Counted from the first letter of the stretch, positions 1 to 10,948 are shown. The stretch is 64,000 bases of DNA from an uncultured bacterium (GCA_937930175.1 CALGLP010000015.1:132174-196173), one strand, 5' to 3'. The notes: generated by a model not told the origin, from the sequence alone. Numbers and translations: made by a program.

Positions 1-81
1 ATGAGCGGAATATTCCACAACGGCAAGATCACGGCCGCGCATAAACCCATTATTTGGATCAATGATTCCATCTGTTTCCTT

Positions 82-1068
82 TTAAGAACACTTAGCCTTC
101 TGAAGCAAAAGACATGCCTGCGTGATCAAATGGTCAATCCCGGTTTCTGTTTTATGAATACGACAGCTTGAAACCCTGTCGTGGCCACCGCCGCCATAAG
201 TTGTGGCCAGATACCCCACATCAATTTTTCCCTTGGAGCGCAAACTCACGCGCAACATATTATTATCGATTTCCCTGAAAAACAAAGAGATTTCTGCTCC
301 GGCAAGCATCAAGAGGTCATCAGCCACAGAATCCACATCTTCTTGGCGCCCTTTATGCTGCTTGAAATCTTTTTGTGTAATTTGCGACCACACAACCTTT
401 CCCTGGTGAGCGGTCTTGATACGCGTCAACGCAAGTCCAGTTAAAACCATGGCCGGGAGATTTTTGCGCCAATAATAGCGCTCCGAAATACTGCTAAAAC
501 GGACATCCGCCTCTAAAAGCTTTGCGCAAATCTCAAAGGTCCTTTTGTTGACTTCCGCACAGCTAAACGACGCGGTTTCCACGATCGCCGAGGTCAATAA
601 ACATTCTGCAATGTGTTTGTCCACCGGAACATTTAACTCCTTAAGCAAAACAAAGACAAGCTCACCCACCGATGCGGTATGCTCCGAAACAAGCTGGACA
701 TCGCCAAATTGATCACGATAAATATGATGGTCGATCTCCACAATACATTTTGATTGCTTGAAAATCTTATCAATACCAGGAAGCTGTGCAATGCTTGCGC
801 AATCAAGGCTAATAGCGAGATCCACCGACTTTGTACATGTTTGCTTAATCGCCCTGGCCTTGGGCAAAGAAATATAGCGATCAGGAATCTTGTCCGAACA
901 AAGCATAACGACTTTTTTCTTCATCTTCATCAAGCCCAACCCCAAGCCCAACATCGATCCAATGGAGTCCCCATCGGGATTCATGTGGCAGGCCAAAACG
1001 ATCTGATGGCTTTTCCTGATCAAATCCGCAGTGGTCTTTAAATTTGTGTGAAATTCTTTTGTATGCAT
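82..1068 (-). CDS. DHH-family phosphoesterase (NrnA-like oligoribonuclease/pAp phosphatase)
   Basis: 328 aa; NPDGDSIGS and DHH motifs, GGGH near C-terminus. Confidence 0.85.
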   Translation of the reverse strand: MHTKEFHTNLKTTADLIRKSHQIVLACHMNPDGDSIGSMLGLGLGLMKMKKKVVMLCSDKIPDRYISLPKARAIKQTCTKSVDLAISLDCASIAQLPGIDKIFKQSKCIVEIDHHIYRDQFGDVQLVSEHTASVGELVFVLLKELNVPVDKHIAECLLTSAIVETASFSCAEVNKRTFEICAKLLEADVRFSSISERYYWRKNLPAMVLTGLALTRIKTAHQGKVVWSQITQKDFKQHKGRQEDVDSVADDLLMLAGAEISLFFREIDNNMLRVSLRSKGKIDVGYLATTYGGGGHDRVSSCRIHKTETGIDHLITQACLLLQKAKCS

Positions 1069-1080
1069 ATTGCTTTCTGC

Positions 1081-1992
1081 CTAATTAATGGAAACAAAGT
1101 CTTTAAAAACTTTTAGTCGCTTCTCGATCATGGTGCGGGTTAGCGCCGCAGACTTCTCAACACCAAACCCCTCAACATTAAATGACGCCAAAACCGTTGC
1201 ATAGCAAACGGCTTTTTTAAGAGTCGCAAGGTCATGTTTCTTGGCATGGGCTAAAAACCCCATCAAGCCTCCAGCAAAGGTGTCTCCTGCGCCGGTGGGG
1301 TCAACAACCCTCTCCACAGGAAAGGCGGGAAAGGCAAAGCTTCCCTGCTTTCCATAAAACAAGACACCATGCTCGCCTTTTTTAATAACGATCATTTTAG
1401 GTCCAAGCTTGTGCAAATATTTCGCAGCCTTGATCAAATTATGCTCGCCAGAAAGCATGCGTGCCTCGCTGTCATTGGCGACAAACAGATCCACTTTTTT
1501 AATCAAACCTAAGAGCCCATCCTTTTTATGTGTGATCCACAAGTTCATACTATCGAGCCCAACAAAACGCGGACGAGCAACTTGCGCAAGGACTTGGGCT
1601 TGGATCTCGGGGTCATCATTGGCTAAAAAAACATATGAGGCTTCTCGGTGCTCTTTGACAAGACAAGGCTTGAAATTTCCCAGGACGCCCAACTCCGTGG
1701 CCAAGGTAATCGCACTATTAAAATCTCCCGACTTGTATTCACCATCCCATTGGAATGTTTTTCCATCCAAGCGGATCAAGGAACCTAAATCAATTTTCTT
1801 GCGTTTAAAAAGTGTGATATGCGCCTGCGGAAAATCATGTCCGATCACGCCGGAGAGATAGACCTTGGTAAAGAGTGATGCGCTCATACAAAAATGCGAC
1901 GCCGAACCACCCAGCATCAAGCGCTTGTGGCCTGAAGGGGTTTTGACATTATCTAAAGCAACTGTTCCAGAAACAAGCAGTGACATAATCAT
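1081..1992 (-). CDS. PfkB-family carbohydrate kinase
   Basis: 303 aa; C-terminal [12 protein letters not shown] signature of ribokinase/PfkB fold; start ATG overlaps stop of upstream yjbQ remnant (ATGA). Confidence 0.85.
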   Translation of the reverse strand: MIMSLLVSGTVALDNVKTPSGHKRLMLGGSASHFCMSASLFTKVYLSGVIGHDFPQAHITLFKRKKIDLGSLIRLDGKTFQWDGEYKSGDFNSAITLATELGVLGNFKPCLVKEHREASYVFLANDDPEIQAQVLAQVARPRFVGLDSMNLWITHKKDGLLGLIKKVDLFVANDSEARMLSGEHNLIKAAKYLHKLGPKMIVIKKGEHGVLFYGKQGSFAFPAFPVERVVDPTGAGDTFAGGLMGFLAHAKKHDLATLKKAVCYATVLASFNVEGFGVEKSAALTRTMIEKRLKVFKDFVSIN

Positions 1993-2060
1993 TCTCCTAT
2001 GATTTTAATCAGTACTCTTTTTTTGCGACAGCCATCAAACTCCCCATAGAAAATCTGTTC
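1989..2060 (-). pseudogene. Duplicated 3' fragment of yjbQ (23 codons, [23 protein letters not shown])
   Basis: Reverse-strand translation matches the C-terminus of the intact YjbQ at 2141..2557 ([23 protein letters not shown]); same 14-nt core ccatagaaaatctg lies 152 nt apart. Confidence 0.6.
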
Positions 2061-2140
2061 ATAAGCGCTTAAGTTACGGCCGCTTTAGCAACGTAACTTA
2101 ACTTGCGCGAATGAATGCAGATACCTTCGTCAGCGTGGGG

Positions 2141-2557
2141 TTATTCACCGATCACCTTAATCAACACGCGTTTCTTGCGCCTGCCGTCAAACTCTCCATA
2201 GAAAATCTGCTCCCATGGCCCAAAATCTAATTTGCCGTTCGTGATCGCCACCACGACCTCACGGCCCATGATCTGGCGTTTCATATGCCCGTCAGCATTA
2301 TCCTCGCCGACATTATGCCGATATGACGAAACCGGCTCATGCGGGGCTAATTTTTCCAGCCAATCATCAAAATCTTGATGCAAGCCTTGCTCGTCATCGT
2401 TAATAAAAACACTCGCCGTGATATGCATGGCATTGACCAGGCAGAGGCCTTCCTTGATGCCGCTTTCCTCAATGGCCCCTTCCACATCTGACGTAATATT
2501 AAGGTACGCCCGCTTTGTTCTAGTCTGAAACGTTAATTCTTTGCGAAAATGTTTCAT
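2141..2557 (-). CDS. yjbQ: YjbQ/UPF0047 family protein (secondary thiamine-phosphate synthase-like)
   Basis: 138 aa; characteristic YjbQ sequence pattern ([18 protein letters not shown]). Confidence 0.85.
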   Translation of the reverse strand: MKHFRKELTFQTRTKRAYLNITSDVEGAIEESGIKEGLCLVNAMHITASVFINDDEQGLHQDFDDWLEKLAPHEPVSSYRHNVGEDNADGHMKRQIMGREVVVAITNGKLDFGPWEQIFYGEFDGRRKKRVLIKVIGE

Positions 2558-2566
2558 AAAAATACT

Positions 2567-2962
2567 TTACGATAAGATCTTTGTCTTGATCTTAGCAAGA
2601 AAATCCTCAAAAGGCTCAAACGCGCGCAAGTTCATCAAATCATCGTCTTGTTCCAGAAAAGAAAAATCCCCGTACCCTTTTTGGATAGCATCCTTCATCG
2701 TTTCAAAGGCTTTTGCTAAATCGCTCATCAACGAATAACTGCACGCCAAATTATATAAAATGATAGGATCTTCGGGCCTCAGGCGCGAAAGCTTAAGGTC
2801 AATATGAAGCCCTTTTTCAAATGATCCTCTCTTGGTATAAAGATCTCCCAAGTTGATCAGCGCCTCGATAAACTCTGGACTTGTCCTGGTGACGCCTTCA
2901 AGAAACTGGATCTCAAAGTCGAGATCTTGAGTATTATCCTCACGCTTTTTATTTCGCGCCAT
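2567..2962 (-). CDS. small TPR-like repeat protein
   Basis: Start taken at internal ATG (MARNKK), 1 nt after stop of upstream gene; TPR-like helical repeats (ILYNLACSY...AKAFETMKDAIQKGY). Confidence 0.55.
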   Translation of the reverse strand: MARNKKREDNTQDLDFEIQFLEGVTRTSPEFIEALINLGDLYTKRGSFEKGLHIDLKLSRLRPEDPIILYNLACSYSLMSDLAKAFETMKDAIQKGYGDFSFLEQDDDLMNLRAFEPFEDFLAKIKTKILS

Positions 2963-2963
2963 G

Positions 2964-5345
2964 TTATTTCTCCACCACGATGCTCTGGCGGATTTCTTTC
3001 GACAAGGCCTCGAGCATACGTTTATATTCAGGGTAACTTTGAACATCAATAAAATCTTTTTTAACCACATTTTCTTCAGTAAAAACAATCTTTGATCCTT
3101 CTTGCCGATAACCGTGCTTATACGAAAACCAGGGATTATCGTTTTGGACCGGTTCTGGCAACGACTTGACGCGGTATTCTTTGGGCAAATTGATTTCTAC
3201 GATCGTCGTATACATTTGTGGGACACCCATGTCAATACCAAACACGCGCGCGCTTCGCGACACCGCGCTTAAATTAAGCCCTCCAAGCTGCGGGAGAACC
3301 CAGGTATTTTTTCCAGCTTTGATCAAGAAATCCGAACCAGAAAAAGCATACGATAAAATGATGTTATCGCTCATACCCTCAAGATTTTGAACCTTATAAT
3401 CGATGAGCCTGCCTTCAGGAACCATTTCCTGAATTCGTTGACGCAAGGTTTCCTGAACAAGAGAAGGCATGGTATAGCGAAGCCAGGAGCGCTGCCCTTG
3501 ATCAAAAACACCCGCGGCGCGGATCTCGCGGCGTCCTAAAACCTCCTTGGAGCTCGCAAGCGTCAAAGTCGTTTTCTTCACAACCTGATTGTGCGCGGCA
3601 GGATATTTGGGTGTTTGCATAAGCTTGGCTTCCTTTTCAAAGCAAACAAACACCAGGCGATCCTGATCTCCTTGCGGAAGATCACCAAACAAAACGGTTT
3701 CCCCCGTCGGGTCTAAAAAGAGATCCTCTCCGTCGATTTGCGCCATCACAATACAATGATTAAAAAGCATGGTCGGAAAATCACGCTGGAGCTTGGGAAC
3801 ATTTTTGGTGCCGATCAACACCGGATAGGCCTTGACGCCAACAGCTCTGAGCATGGAAATGAGCAAGATCGATTGATCCTTACAATCACCATACTTATTC
3901 GCAAAAATTTCTGTGGCTAAATGTGGTTCATAGCCTGCCTGCCCGTATTCAACACCGACATATCGAATATCCCGAGCACAAAAACTATAGATAGCCTTGG
4001 CTTTTTCTTTCAGCGTCGCTGCGCCTTGCGTTAACTCAGCAATTTTCTCTCGCATAGCATCATTAATTTGAATCTTATCCTTGGCGAGAGGCCACCACCA
4101 GTCATGCAACGCCTGCCACGAATCAAAAGTCGAAAGCAAAATAACCGGCGTAATCTCCGTAATCGGCGGCATTTGAGGCTCAGGAAGAATCTGTTCGATA
4201 TTATCAAAAACCCACGAATAATGGGTCTGGCCTTGATCTTGGGTAATCACAGGATTAAGAATTTCTTTATTCTTAGCAAAATCAATATTAAGAATGGCTT
4301 GATGAAGCTTCCTGCCCTTTGGCATTTTCAAATGATATTCCGCATGCGCAATGGGGCTGTCGCCTTGCAAAAGATAACTTGCCTGAAATTGGTCGTCGGC
4401 AACCATCTTGTTTTGCGTGACTTTAATTTTATATTCTAAGAATGCGCCCACCGCAACCTCGGGCATAGAAATGATCTTAGCCCGCGCGTTACTATACAAA
4501 GGAAAATTTAGATACCGTGAAACATCGCGGATATGCTTTGAACCAACCGAAACCACATCACCAGAAGGAGTAATAGTGCGCGCAAATTCAATCTCCACTT
4601 TTTCATAAGTCGAATCGTAGCCAATCTCAATCTCACCTAAATGTTTTCCACGCTCATTGAGGATCTTTACCAAACAATGTTCAGTGCTCTCAAGGGTATT
4701 ATTTTCTAAAATTACTGTGTTTTCTTGAACATAAAGCACAACAGATCCAGCCTCAGGAAAATCTTCAGCCGAGGGCGCACTGGCGATCAGCTTTTGGATT
4801 TCTGGGCTTAATTTATTAAGCTCCGTCTTTTCCATTAACGCATTGATCGCTTGCATACGCGCTTGCGCCAAAGAAACAAAAGTAGGCGTGCGCATCTTCT
4901 TATAAAGCTTGAGCGCCTCTCCAAAAAGATTGTGCTTTTCACACGTCATCGCGTAGGCATAAAGATAATGGTCGTCACCCTCGTCGCCAATCTTTTCAAA
5001 AACAGAAAGGGCTTCGGTATAATCACCATTTTTATAATAACTTTGAGCCAAAAGTTCTTGGGCTGGCAGCGAGGAACAAGCGCCAAGCGTCTTGATCGCC
5101 AAATCATAAGCGCCATGGGCATCATAAAGATGGCCTAGGTCATAACATGCTTGCGCATTTGCGGGATTAGCCACAAGAATCTTCTGATAGGTCGCAACAG
5201 CCTCCTGATAAAGATCTGCGGATTTCTCCATCAAGGCTTGCGCTGTTTTTAATGAAGGCTCCGACGCTCCAGGCTTAGACCCTGTGGGTTGACAGCCCAG
5301 CACGAACAAGCAAACGACAGCCAAAAAGATGCTTTTTGTTTTCAT
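2964..5345 (-). CDS. Lipoprotein with TPR repeats, DUF3857-like region and transglutaminase-like cysteine protease domain
   Basis: 793 aa; signal peptide with lipobox (VLGC); TPR repeats in N-terminus; YGDCKDQSILLISMLRAVGV transglutaminase-like core motif. Confidence 0.8.
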   Translation of the reverse strand: MKTKSIFLAVVCLFVLGCQPTGSKPGASEPSLKTAQALMEKSADLYQEAVATYQKILVANPANAQACYDLGHLYDAHGAYDLAIKTLGACSSLPAQELLAQSYYKNGDYTEALSVFEKIGDEGDDHYLYAYAMTCEKHNLFGEALKLYKKMRTPTFVSLAQARMQAINALMEKTELNKLSPEIQKLIASAPSAEDFPEAGSVVLYVQENTVILENNTLESTEHCLVKILNERGKHLGEIEIGYDSTYEKVEIEFARTITPSGDVVSVGSKHIRDVSRYLNFPLYSNARAKIISMPEVAVGAFLEYKIKVTQNKMVADDQFQASYLLQGDSPIAHAEYHLKMPKGRKLHQAILNIDFAKNKEILNPVITQDQGQTHYSWVFDNIEQILPEPQMPPITEITPVILLSTFDSWQALHDWWWPLAKDKIQINDAMREKIAELTQGAATLKEKAKAIYSFCARDIRYVGVEYGQAGYEPHLATEIFANKYGDCKDQSILLISMLRAVGVKAYPVLIGTKNVPKLQRDFPTMLFNHCIVMAQIDGEDLFLDPTGETVLFGDLPQGDQDRLVFVCFEKEAKLMQTPKYPAAHNQVVKKTTLTLASSKEVLGRREIRAAGVFDQGQRSWLRYTMPSLVQETLRQRIQEMVPEGRLIDYKVQNLEGMSDNIILSYAFSGSDFLIKAGKNTWVLPQLGGLNLSAVSRSARVFGIDMGVPQMYTTIVEINLPKEYRVKSLPEPVQNDNPWFSYKHGYRQEGSKIVFTEENVVKKDFIDVQSYPEYKRMLEALSKEIRQSIVVEK

Positions 5346-5386
5346 GATGATCCTAATTTAAAAGCGGTTACGATCGAAAGGAAAGA

Positions 5387-6541
5387 TTATTGCTTTAGGT
5401 AGCTCTCAATGCGCAGCATGGCTTCTTTTAAATTCTCATAACTCGAGGCATACGAAATCCTAACATAACCCTCAGTTGTAGAACCAAAGGCAACGCCGGG
5501 GACCAAAGCGACATTCTTTTTCTTTAAGAGATCTGTGGCAAACTCAACAGAGTTGTTACTAAATTTCTTGATCGAAGGAAAAACATAAAAAGCCCCTTCC
5601 GGCATATGGCAATCGAGTCCAATTTCGTTTAATCGCGACACCACAAAACGGCGTCGGCGCATATATTCTTTTTTCATATCCAAAACATCATGATTGTTCC
5701 CGCGCAAGGCCTCAATGGCCGCCATTTGGCTCGTGATCGACGCACACAACATTGTATACTGGTGGATTTTCGTCATCGCGGCAATCACCTTGGCTGGGCC
5801 GCAAGCATACCCTAAGCGAAAACCAGTCATGGCAAAAGCCTTCGAAAATCCATTGAGATAAATCACGCGCTTTTTCATACCCGGCAGAGTCGACAACGGC
5901 GTATGATCAAAGTCATAGGTCAGCTCATCATAAACTTCATCGCTGATGATGATCAAATCCCGGCGTTCCGCCACGCGAGCAATCGCCAAGAGCTCTTTTC
6001 GAGTATAGGAAGCTCCCGTGGGATTGCATGGATAATTGATCATCAAAGCCTTAGCACCTTTAGCACAAGCCTTATCAATGTCAGAAGCAGAAAATTTAAA
6101 CCCATTGCTAAGATCGGTGTTTAAGGCAACAACCTTGCCTCCGGCGAGCTCAACCACCGCTGGATAGGAAACATACGATGGGTCTGGAACCAAAACTTTT
6201 TCACCAGGATTGAGAATGGCCCGTACGGCCAAGTCCAGGCCTTCGCTCACACCGACGGTGATCAGCGTTTCCTCTTCAGGATCATAAGAAAGGCCGTGGC
6301 GCTTTTGCAAATGATGACAGATCATCTTGCGAAGCTCGATCATCCCCTTATTGGATGTATAAGAGGTGTAGCCTTGTTCAAGCGAGAAGATAGCTTTTTC
6401 GCGGATATGCCAAGGCGTGACAAAATCAGGCTCCCCAACCCCAAGGGAAATCACATCCTTCATGTTCAACACAAGGTCAAAGAAAAGCCTGATCCCCGAA
6501 GGCTTGAGTTGTTCTACTTTTTTTGAAATATCCATAGTCAA
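5387..6541 (-). CDS. Pyridoxal-phosphate-dependent aminotransferase, class I/II
   Basis: 384 aa; SKAFAMTGFRLGY lysine-containing PLP motif; aspartate/aromatic aminotransferase fold pattern. Confidence 0.85.
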   Translation of the reverse strand: MTMDISKKVEQLKPSGIRLFFDLVLNMKDVISLGVGEPDFVTPWHIREKAIFSLEQGYTSYTSNKGMIELRKMICHHLQKRHGLSYDPEEETLITVGVSEGLDLAVRAILNPGEKVLVPDPSYVSYPAVVELAGGKVVALNTDLSNGFKFSASDIDKACAKGAKALMINYPCNPTGASYTRKELLAIARVAERRDLIIISDEVYDELTYDFDHTPLSTLPGMKKRVIYLNGFSKAFAMTGFRLGYACGPAKVIAAMTKIHQYTMLCASITSQMAAIEALRGNNHDVLDMKKEYMRRRRFVVSRLNEIGLDCHMPEGAFYVFPSIKKFSNNSVEFATDLLKKKNVALVPGVAFGSTTEGYVRISYASSYENLKEAMLRIESYLKQ

Positions 6542-6670
6542 TATCCTATAAAACTAATCAATGACCAAGTCCCAATGTCGAAAGTAGCCTCAATGATCGT
6601 CTTTTCCCATGAACCATTGGAATCTTAAAAACCCCTGCGGCATTCGGCCTTCGACATTCGTCATTATTCT

Positions 6671-7156
6671 CTAGAATGATATGTTTAATCTTTGCTTTTG
6701 CTTACCTTTTTTTAAAATATTCCCGTCTTCTTTATATTTCTTTAAAAGAAAATGTGTTGCGGTACCCCGCACATTAACCATGGGCGAAAGCTTGGAGGCA
6801 ATAAAATTGGACACCGTCTGAATGTTATCCCCTTCGACTTCGACCAACAGATCGTAAGTTCCTGAAACCAAATAACAACTTTTGACTTCAGGAAAACTAT
6901 AAATCCTCTCGGCAATATAATCAAATCCCACGTCCTTTTGGGGCGTGATGCTCACCTCGATCAAGGCGCGAACGAGCGGATGACCGTCTTCAATCAATTC
7001 TTTATTCAGCACTGTCTTATACTGAACGATCACGCCCTCTTTTTCATATTTTTTTACAGCCGTTTTGACCGCGGCAAGGCTCTGGCCTGTGAGCTTTGCG
7101 ATTTCTTCAGGGGTGATACGTGCGTTCTGTGCTAATATTTCTAAAATTTCATTCAT
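6671..7156 (-). CDS. Lrp/AsnC family transcriptional regulator
   Basis: 161 aa; N-terminal HTH (ITPEEIAKLTGQSLAAVKTAVKKYE) plus RAM domain; sits upstream of aminotransferase as is typical. Confidence 0.85.
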   Translation of the reverse strand: MNEILEILAQNARITPEEIAKLTGQSLAAVKTAVKKYEKEGVIVQYKTVLNKELIEDGHPLVRALIEVSITPQKDVGFDYIAERIYSFPEVKSCYLVSGTYDLLVEVEGDNIQTVSNFIASKLSPMVNVRGTATHFLLKKYKEDGNILKKGKQKQRLNISF

Positions 7157-7323
7157 GGTTCCTCCGGGTTAAATGAGCGCGTGACTTCAAGACACCTCTT
7201 AACGATATTAATGATCTTCGCGAACCTATCTGCCGATAAGCAGACCTTCCGGCCCGCATATTAACTTGTGCCATTCTATCTTATTTTATAAACCAAATCA
7301 AATAAATTACTTAAGGTTTGTCG

Positions 7324-8877
7324 TCAATCCTTCAGGATATCCGGAATCTTCCACAAGGCCCTCGCTGGACGAGTGGCTTCCGAAGACGGCGCAGAACGAA
7401 CATCGTTGTCGACTTTGACAGCAGGGCTTCCTTGGTGCTGCTGCTTCAAAAGATCTTCTAAAAGACTCTTTTCTTCTTCAACCTTGATAATCTTTTCATT
7501 GAGCTCAGCCAATCGGTTGTTAAGGATCTTGTTTTCTGTATCCACATTATTGATTTTTACTTGAAGCTGCGACTCTAAAGCGACCCTCTTTTTCTGCTTT
7601 CTCAGTTCAGAAAGAGTTTCTATTTCTTTTGACTCCAGCGCTTGCTCTGGAAGGCCTTGAACTAATTCCAAAGAGGCTGGCTCCGGTGGAACCGATTCTT
7701 GAGAAGCCACCTTTTGCTCCAGCACCTTCTTCTGTTCTGCGTCTTTGGCTGACAATTTCTCAATGTCCTTTTTCAGACGATCGATCTCCCTTAACTTTTT
7801 CTGATTCGATGCCTGCAGGTCAACAAGCTTTTTCTTAAGCCTTTGATTTGCTTTAGTTTCTTGATCTGCCAATTTTCCAAGAATCGCAGCTTCTTTTTCT
7901 AAGCTTTTAAAATCTTCCCAAAACCCTTCTTGCCCTAAAATCGCAATCTCTTCGATGAGCTTATCATTCTTTTCTTTGATCAAGGATACATATTTCTCCC
8001 TGCCACTAGAAAACCCACCTAAATGATCCACCTTCGATACAAGACTTAAAGAAAACCTTTCCAACTGTTTAATAAGCGCCTGCGCCTGGACCTTTTGCCT
8101 CTCCAAGCTTTTCTGGCCCTGAAGACTTGAGGAAATCTTGTTTTCACCAGAAAGGCCAGCTCCCCCGCCAAGACCCTGACCGTCCACAAGGATCTTTAAA
8201 ACATCTAATCGCTTCTGATCCTCTTCTCTACTCACAAAAGGTTCTTTCATAATTAAAGCGAGTGTTTTCTCAGAGAGTGTAAGCTCTTTTGCAAATTTCT
8301 CACGTTCTATTTTAATCTTGGCTAATTTCTGCTGAGAGGCTTCCATCGTCTGAAGAATAGGCTCTACCCCATCTGGAAACTCTTTTTTCTTAAGAGACTC
8401 CTCAAAAGAAACAAGGCTCTGCTTCTGCGCCTGAAGGCTATCCAACTCTTTCTGAAGCTTACTCTTTTGTTCTTTTACGCCAGCCAGTTTTTTTCGCAAG
8501 CCCTCAAGTTCAGGGGCAAGAACTTTTAGCCTTGCTTGCGCCCCAGCGAAATACTTTTCTATCTTTTTTGTTCTTTCTTCGATACCTTTCATGATATGTT
8601 GATCATGAATAATAACAGATTTTATACTTACGCTCTCTTCCGTTAAAGAATCAATCTGATTCTGTAACTCAAACTCCTGATTCCTCAAGATTTCATTTTG
8701 CACTTTCAGCTGCCTATTCTCCTCTAAGGCTTTACGCGCGCCGCTCTTGATCCCTCTTGCCGCGCTCTCCATTTGATTATCAAGCACCGCGTCCATTGGC
8801 ACATCCTCTTGGGCAAAAACAGGAGTCAACCGCAAAACAAGAATAAAAAAAATAAAAATGGTTAGGAAACGTTTCAT
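7324..8877 (-). CDS. Secreted coiled-coil protein (function unknown)
   Basis: Start set at MKRFLTIFIFFILVLRLTPVFAQ signal peptide with AAGGAA RBS; rest is E/K/Q/L-rich heptad repeats. Confidence 0.6.
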   Translation of the reverse strand: MKRFLTIFIFFILVLRLTPVFAQEDVPMDAVLDNQMESAARGIKSGARKALEENRQLKVQNEILRNQEFELQNQIDSLTEESVSIKSVIIHDQHIMKGIEERTKKIEKYFAGAQARLKVLAPELEGLRKKLAGVKEQKSKLQKELDSLQAQKQSLVSFEESLKKKEFPDGVEPILQTMEASQQKLAKIKIEREKFAKELTLSEKTLALIMKEPFVSREEDQKRLDVLKILVDGQGLGGGAGLSGENKISSSLQGQKSLERQKVQAQALIKQLERFSLSLVSKVDHLGGFSSGREKYVSLIKEKNDKLIEEIAILGQEGFWEDFKSLEKEAAILGKLADQETKANQRLKKKLVDLQASNQKKLREIDRLKKDIEKLSAKDAEQKKVLEQKVASQESVPPEPASLELVQGLPEQALESKEIETLSELRKQKKRVALESQLQVKINNVDTENKILNNRLAELNEKIIKVEEEKSLLEDLLKQQHQGSPAVKVDNDVRSAPSSEATRPARALWKIPDILKD

Positions 8878-8975
8878 GAGTGTTCCTTGCAATATCTTTA
8901 TTATACGCACCAACACATCCCAGGGTAAACAAAAATCAGGGCTTTTCTTCTCCTTTTAGAAATCTCTTAAGCTGC

Positions 8976-9533
8976 TTACAGCAATAGATCGCTAAGCCGA
9001 TTCTGCTCATGCGCCATGTGGATCAAACGATAAAAAACTTCAAAAGTCAACTCAACATCCGCCATCGCGCGATGCTTCTGGCTTTCTTCAATGCCAAGTG
9101 CGTCCGCAACCAACCACAAGGGATAACGTTTCAACCGAGGCATCATTTGACGCGCCAGACGAATGGTGTCAATAGCCTCAATTTCGTGGCCGATCTTAAG
9201 ACTTGCCAAACCCACTTCATGATGTAAAAAACTTAAGTCAAAGCGAACATTGTGCCCGATCATCGTAGCCTGGCCTAAAAACTGCAAGAAATCAGGGAGG
9301 ATCTCGCGGCATCTGGGCGCTGCGGCAACCATATCATCGCTGATCCCATTGACCTCTGAAGCGGCAAACGAAATCGGCCGACCAGGATTGACCAAGGAAT
9401 GGAATCGCGCAACGGGCTTGAGACCTCTGACTTTTAGCGCTGCGATCTCAACAATACGATCGCCACTACCCGGCGAAAGCCCTGTTGTTTCCACATCAAA
9501 GACAACGAATTCTTTTTCGTGAAATCTCTGCAT
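8976..9533 (-). CDS. DnaQ-like 3'-5' exonuclease (DEDDh family)
   Basis: 185 aa; Exo I FDVETTGL, Exo II HNVRFDLSFL, Exo III HRAMADV motifs. Confidence 0.85.
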   Translation of the reverse strand: MQRFHEKEFVVFDVETTGLSPGSGDRIVEIAALKVRGLKPVARFHSLVNPGRPISFAASEVNGISDDMVAAAPRCREILPDFLQFLGQATMIGHNVRFDLSFLHHEVGLASLKIGHEIEAIDTIRLARQMMPRLKRYPLWLVADALGIEESQKHRAMADVELTFEVFYRLIHMAHEQNRLSDLLL

Positions 9534-9536
9534 CTC

Positions 9537-10454
9537 TTAACAATCCTTTCGCGACACAACATAACAAGAATGAATCTGACAAGGCCGAAACGAAAGCTTT
9601 GTTGCCCGAATACGCTCAAGACCAAAATCATCCATGACATTCACAAATAGAAACTTTCTGACTTGGGGATCAGCACAGAATTCTTTAAAAATATACGTTG
9701 GCAATCCCTTGATCGCGGGATCCGCGATTTCAAGCAAAACGCAAAAGGTGTCATCTTTTAAACGAAATCCGAAACTATACGCAGACAAAGCACCCTCGAT
9801 AAAAACAACCCGACCCACAAGGCCTAGCTCTTTATGATACCGCAGGCAAAGATCATGTACTTTAACATTCTCGTCGATCATCTGCTGATAAATGTCATCA
9901 GCATTCCTTGCCTTACGCACTTTCGCCCATTGCGCATACAACAAAAGACAATCCTTGCGCATCCTTAAAGTGTACGGCACAAAAAGAGGATCTGCTTGAC
10001 GGATCACTTGATTATATAGAGCTCTTTTTGACTTGTACTTATTTCCGCGCAAACACGCGATATCATCTCTAGCGTAAACAAATTCTTCACCCTTTTTGTA
10101 AACCTGATACTCTTGCAACGGAAAAAGGCCAAGATCTTTTTCTTCCACATTTTCAATCCGCGAAATACCGCGCCCCTTGTTTTCTTTAAACATCACATCA
10201 AAACAGGCATGAATGGTCTTTGGCGTAATACGCCCACCTAAAGGTGGCAAATAAAGAAAAGAGCCTAAAAAGTTTTTCGCAAAGATACATAGCGCACCAT
10301 CGATTATCTGAAACCGAAAATCAAAGAAATCTTTCCAGGTAAAGAGATTAACAAAAGCAAAAGCTGAGGAAGTATAATCCGTGGCCTGAAGAAACTTCTC
10401 AACCATTCTTTTCTTGGATAACAACAGGGCTGTTTTCATCGGGGCACAATACAA
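9537..10454 (-). CDS. DUF2156-like protein (MprF C-terminal / GNAT-like acyltransferase fold)
   Basis: 305 aa; overall similarity pattern to phosphatidylglycerol lysyltransferase C-terminal domain family; assignment from recall only. Confidence 0.5.
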   Translation of the reverse strand: MYCAPMKTALLLSKKRMVEKFLQATDYTSSAFAFVNLFTWKDFFDFRFQIIDGALCIFAKNFLGSFLYLPPLGGRITPKTIHACFDVMFKENKGRGISRIENVEEKDLGLFPLQEYQVYKKGEEFVYARDDIACLRGNKYKSKRALYNQVIRQADPLFVPYTLRMRKDCLLLYAQWAKVRKARNADDIYQQMIDENVKVHDLCLRYHKELGLVGRVVFIEGALSAYSFGFRLKDDTFCVLLEIADPAIKGLPTYIFKEFCADPQVRKFLFVNVMDDFGLERIRATKLSFRPCQIHSCYVVSRKDC

Positions 10455-10948
10455 AAAAGTGGCTGTATTTCATCTTGGGCAATATGAGCCGAACAAATAT
10501 CCTTCGCGTGCGCCTTGAGAAAGGCTTGGATCTTCTTTTGTGCAAAGAATTTCTTCAAATAACAACAATGCTCCTCAAATAAGGCGCTTGCCTGAACCTC
10601 CTGAACAAAAGGACAGGCCAAATGCGCAGCCAAAGAAATACCCTCCTGGTTCTTGAGAAAAACGAAAGGATACAACACGCACTCTAACGGCCTCGCCGGA
10701 TAAACGCGACACGCGTTGGTTAATGAGTCAAGAAATACGCAAGCATGCTCTTCGGCATAAGCCCTAGTCGCGACGCGGCCCTGAGAATCTAAGGCTTTTT
10801 CTTCAAAGTGTTCATGACCCAAAAGCTTGTCTTCCAAGGGATAAACCTTAGGCCGCCAAGGGCTCCGCGACTCTTTAAAGCGACAACACCCCTTGCAATC
10901 AAGACAAAATTTCTCATTCATCAACTGACGTAAAGAAAAATCCATCAC
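10436..10948 (-). CDS. YkgJ-family cysteine-cluster protein (CxxCxxCC)
   Basis: 170 aa; CLDCKGCC motif plus additional conserved Cys typical of UPF0153/YkgJ. Confidence 0.75.
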   Translation of the reverse strand: MMDFSLRQLMNEKFCLDCKGCCRFKESRSPWRPKVYPLEDKLLGHEHFEEKALDSQGRVATRAYAEEHACVFLDSLTNACRVYPARPLECVLYPFVFLKNQEGISLAAHLACPFVQEVQASALFEEHCCYLKKFFAQKKIQAFLKAHAKDICSAHIAQDEIQPLFCIVPR

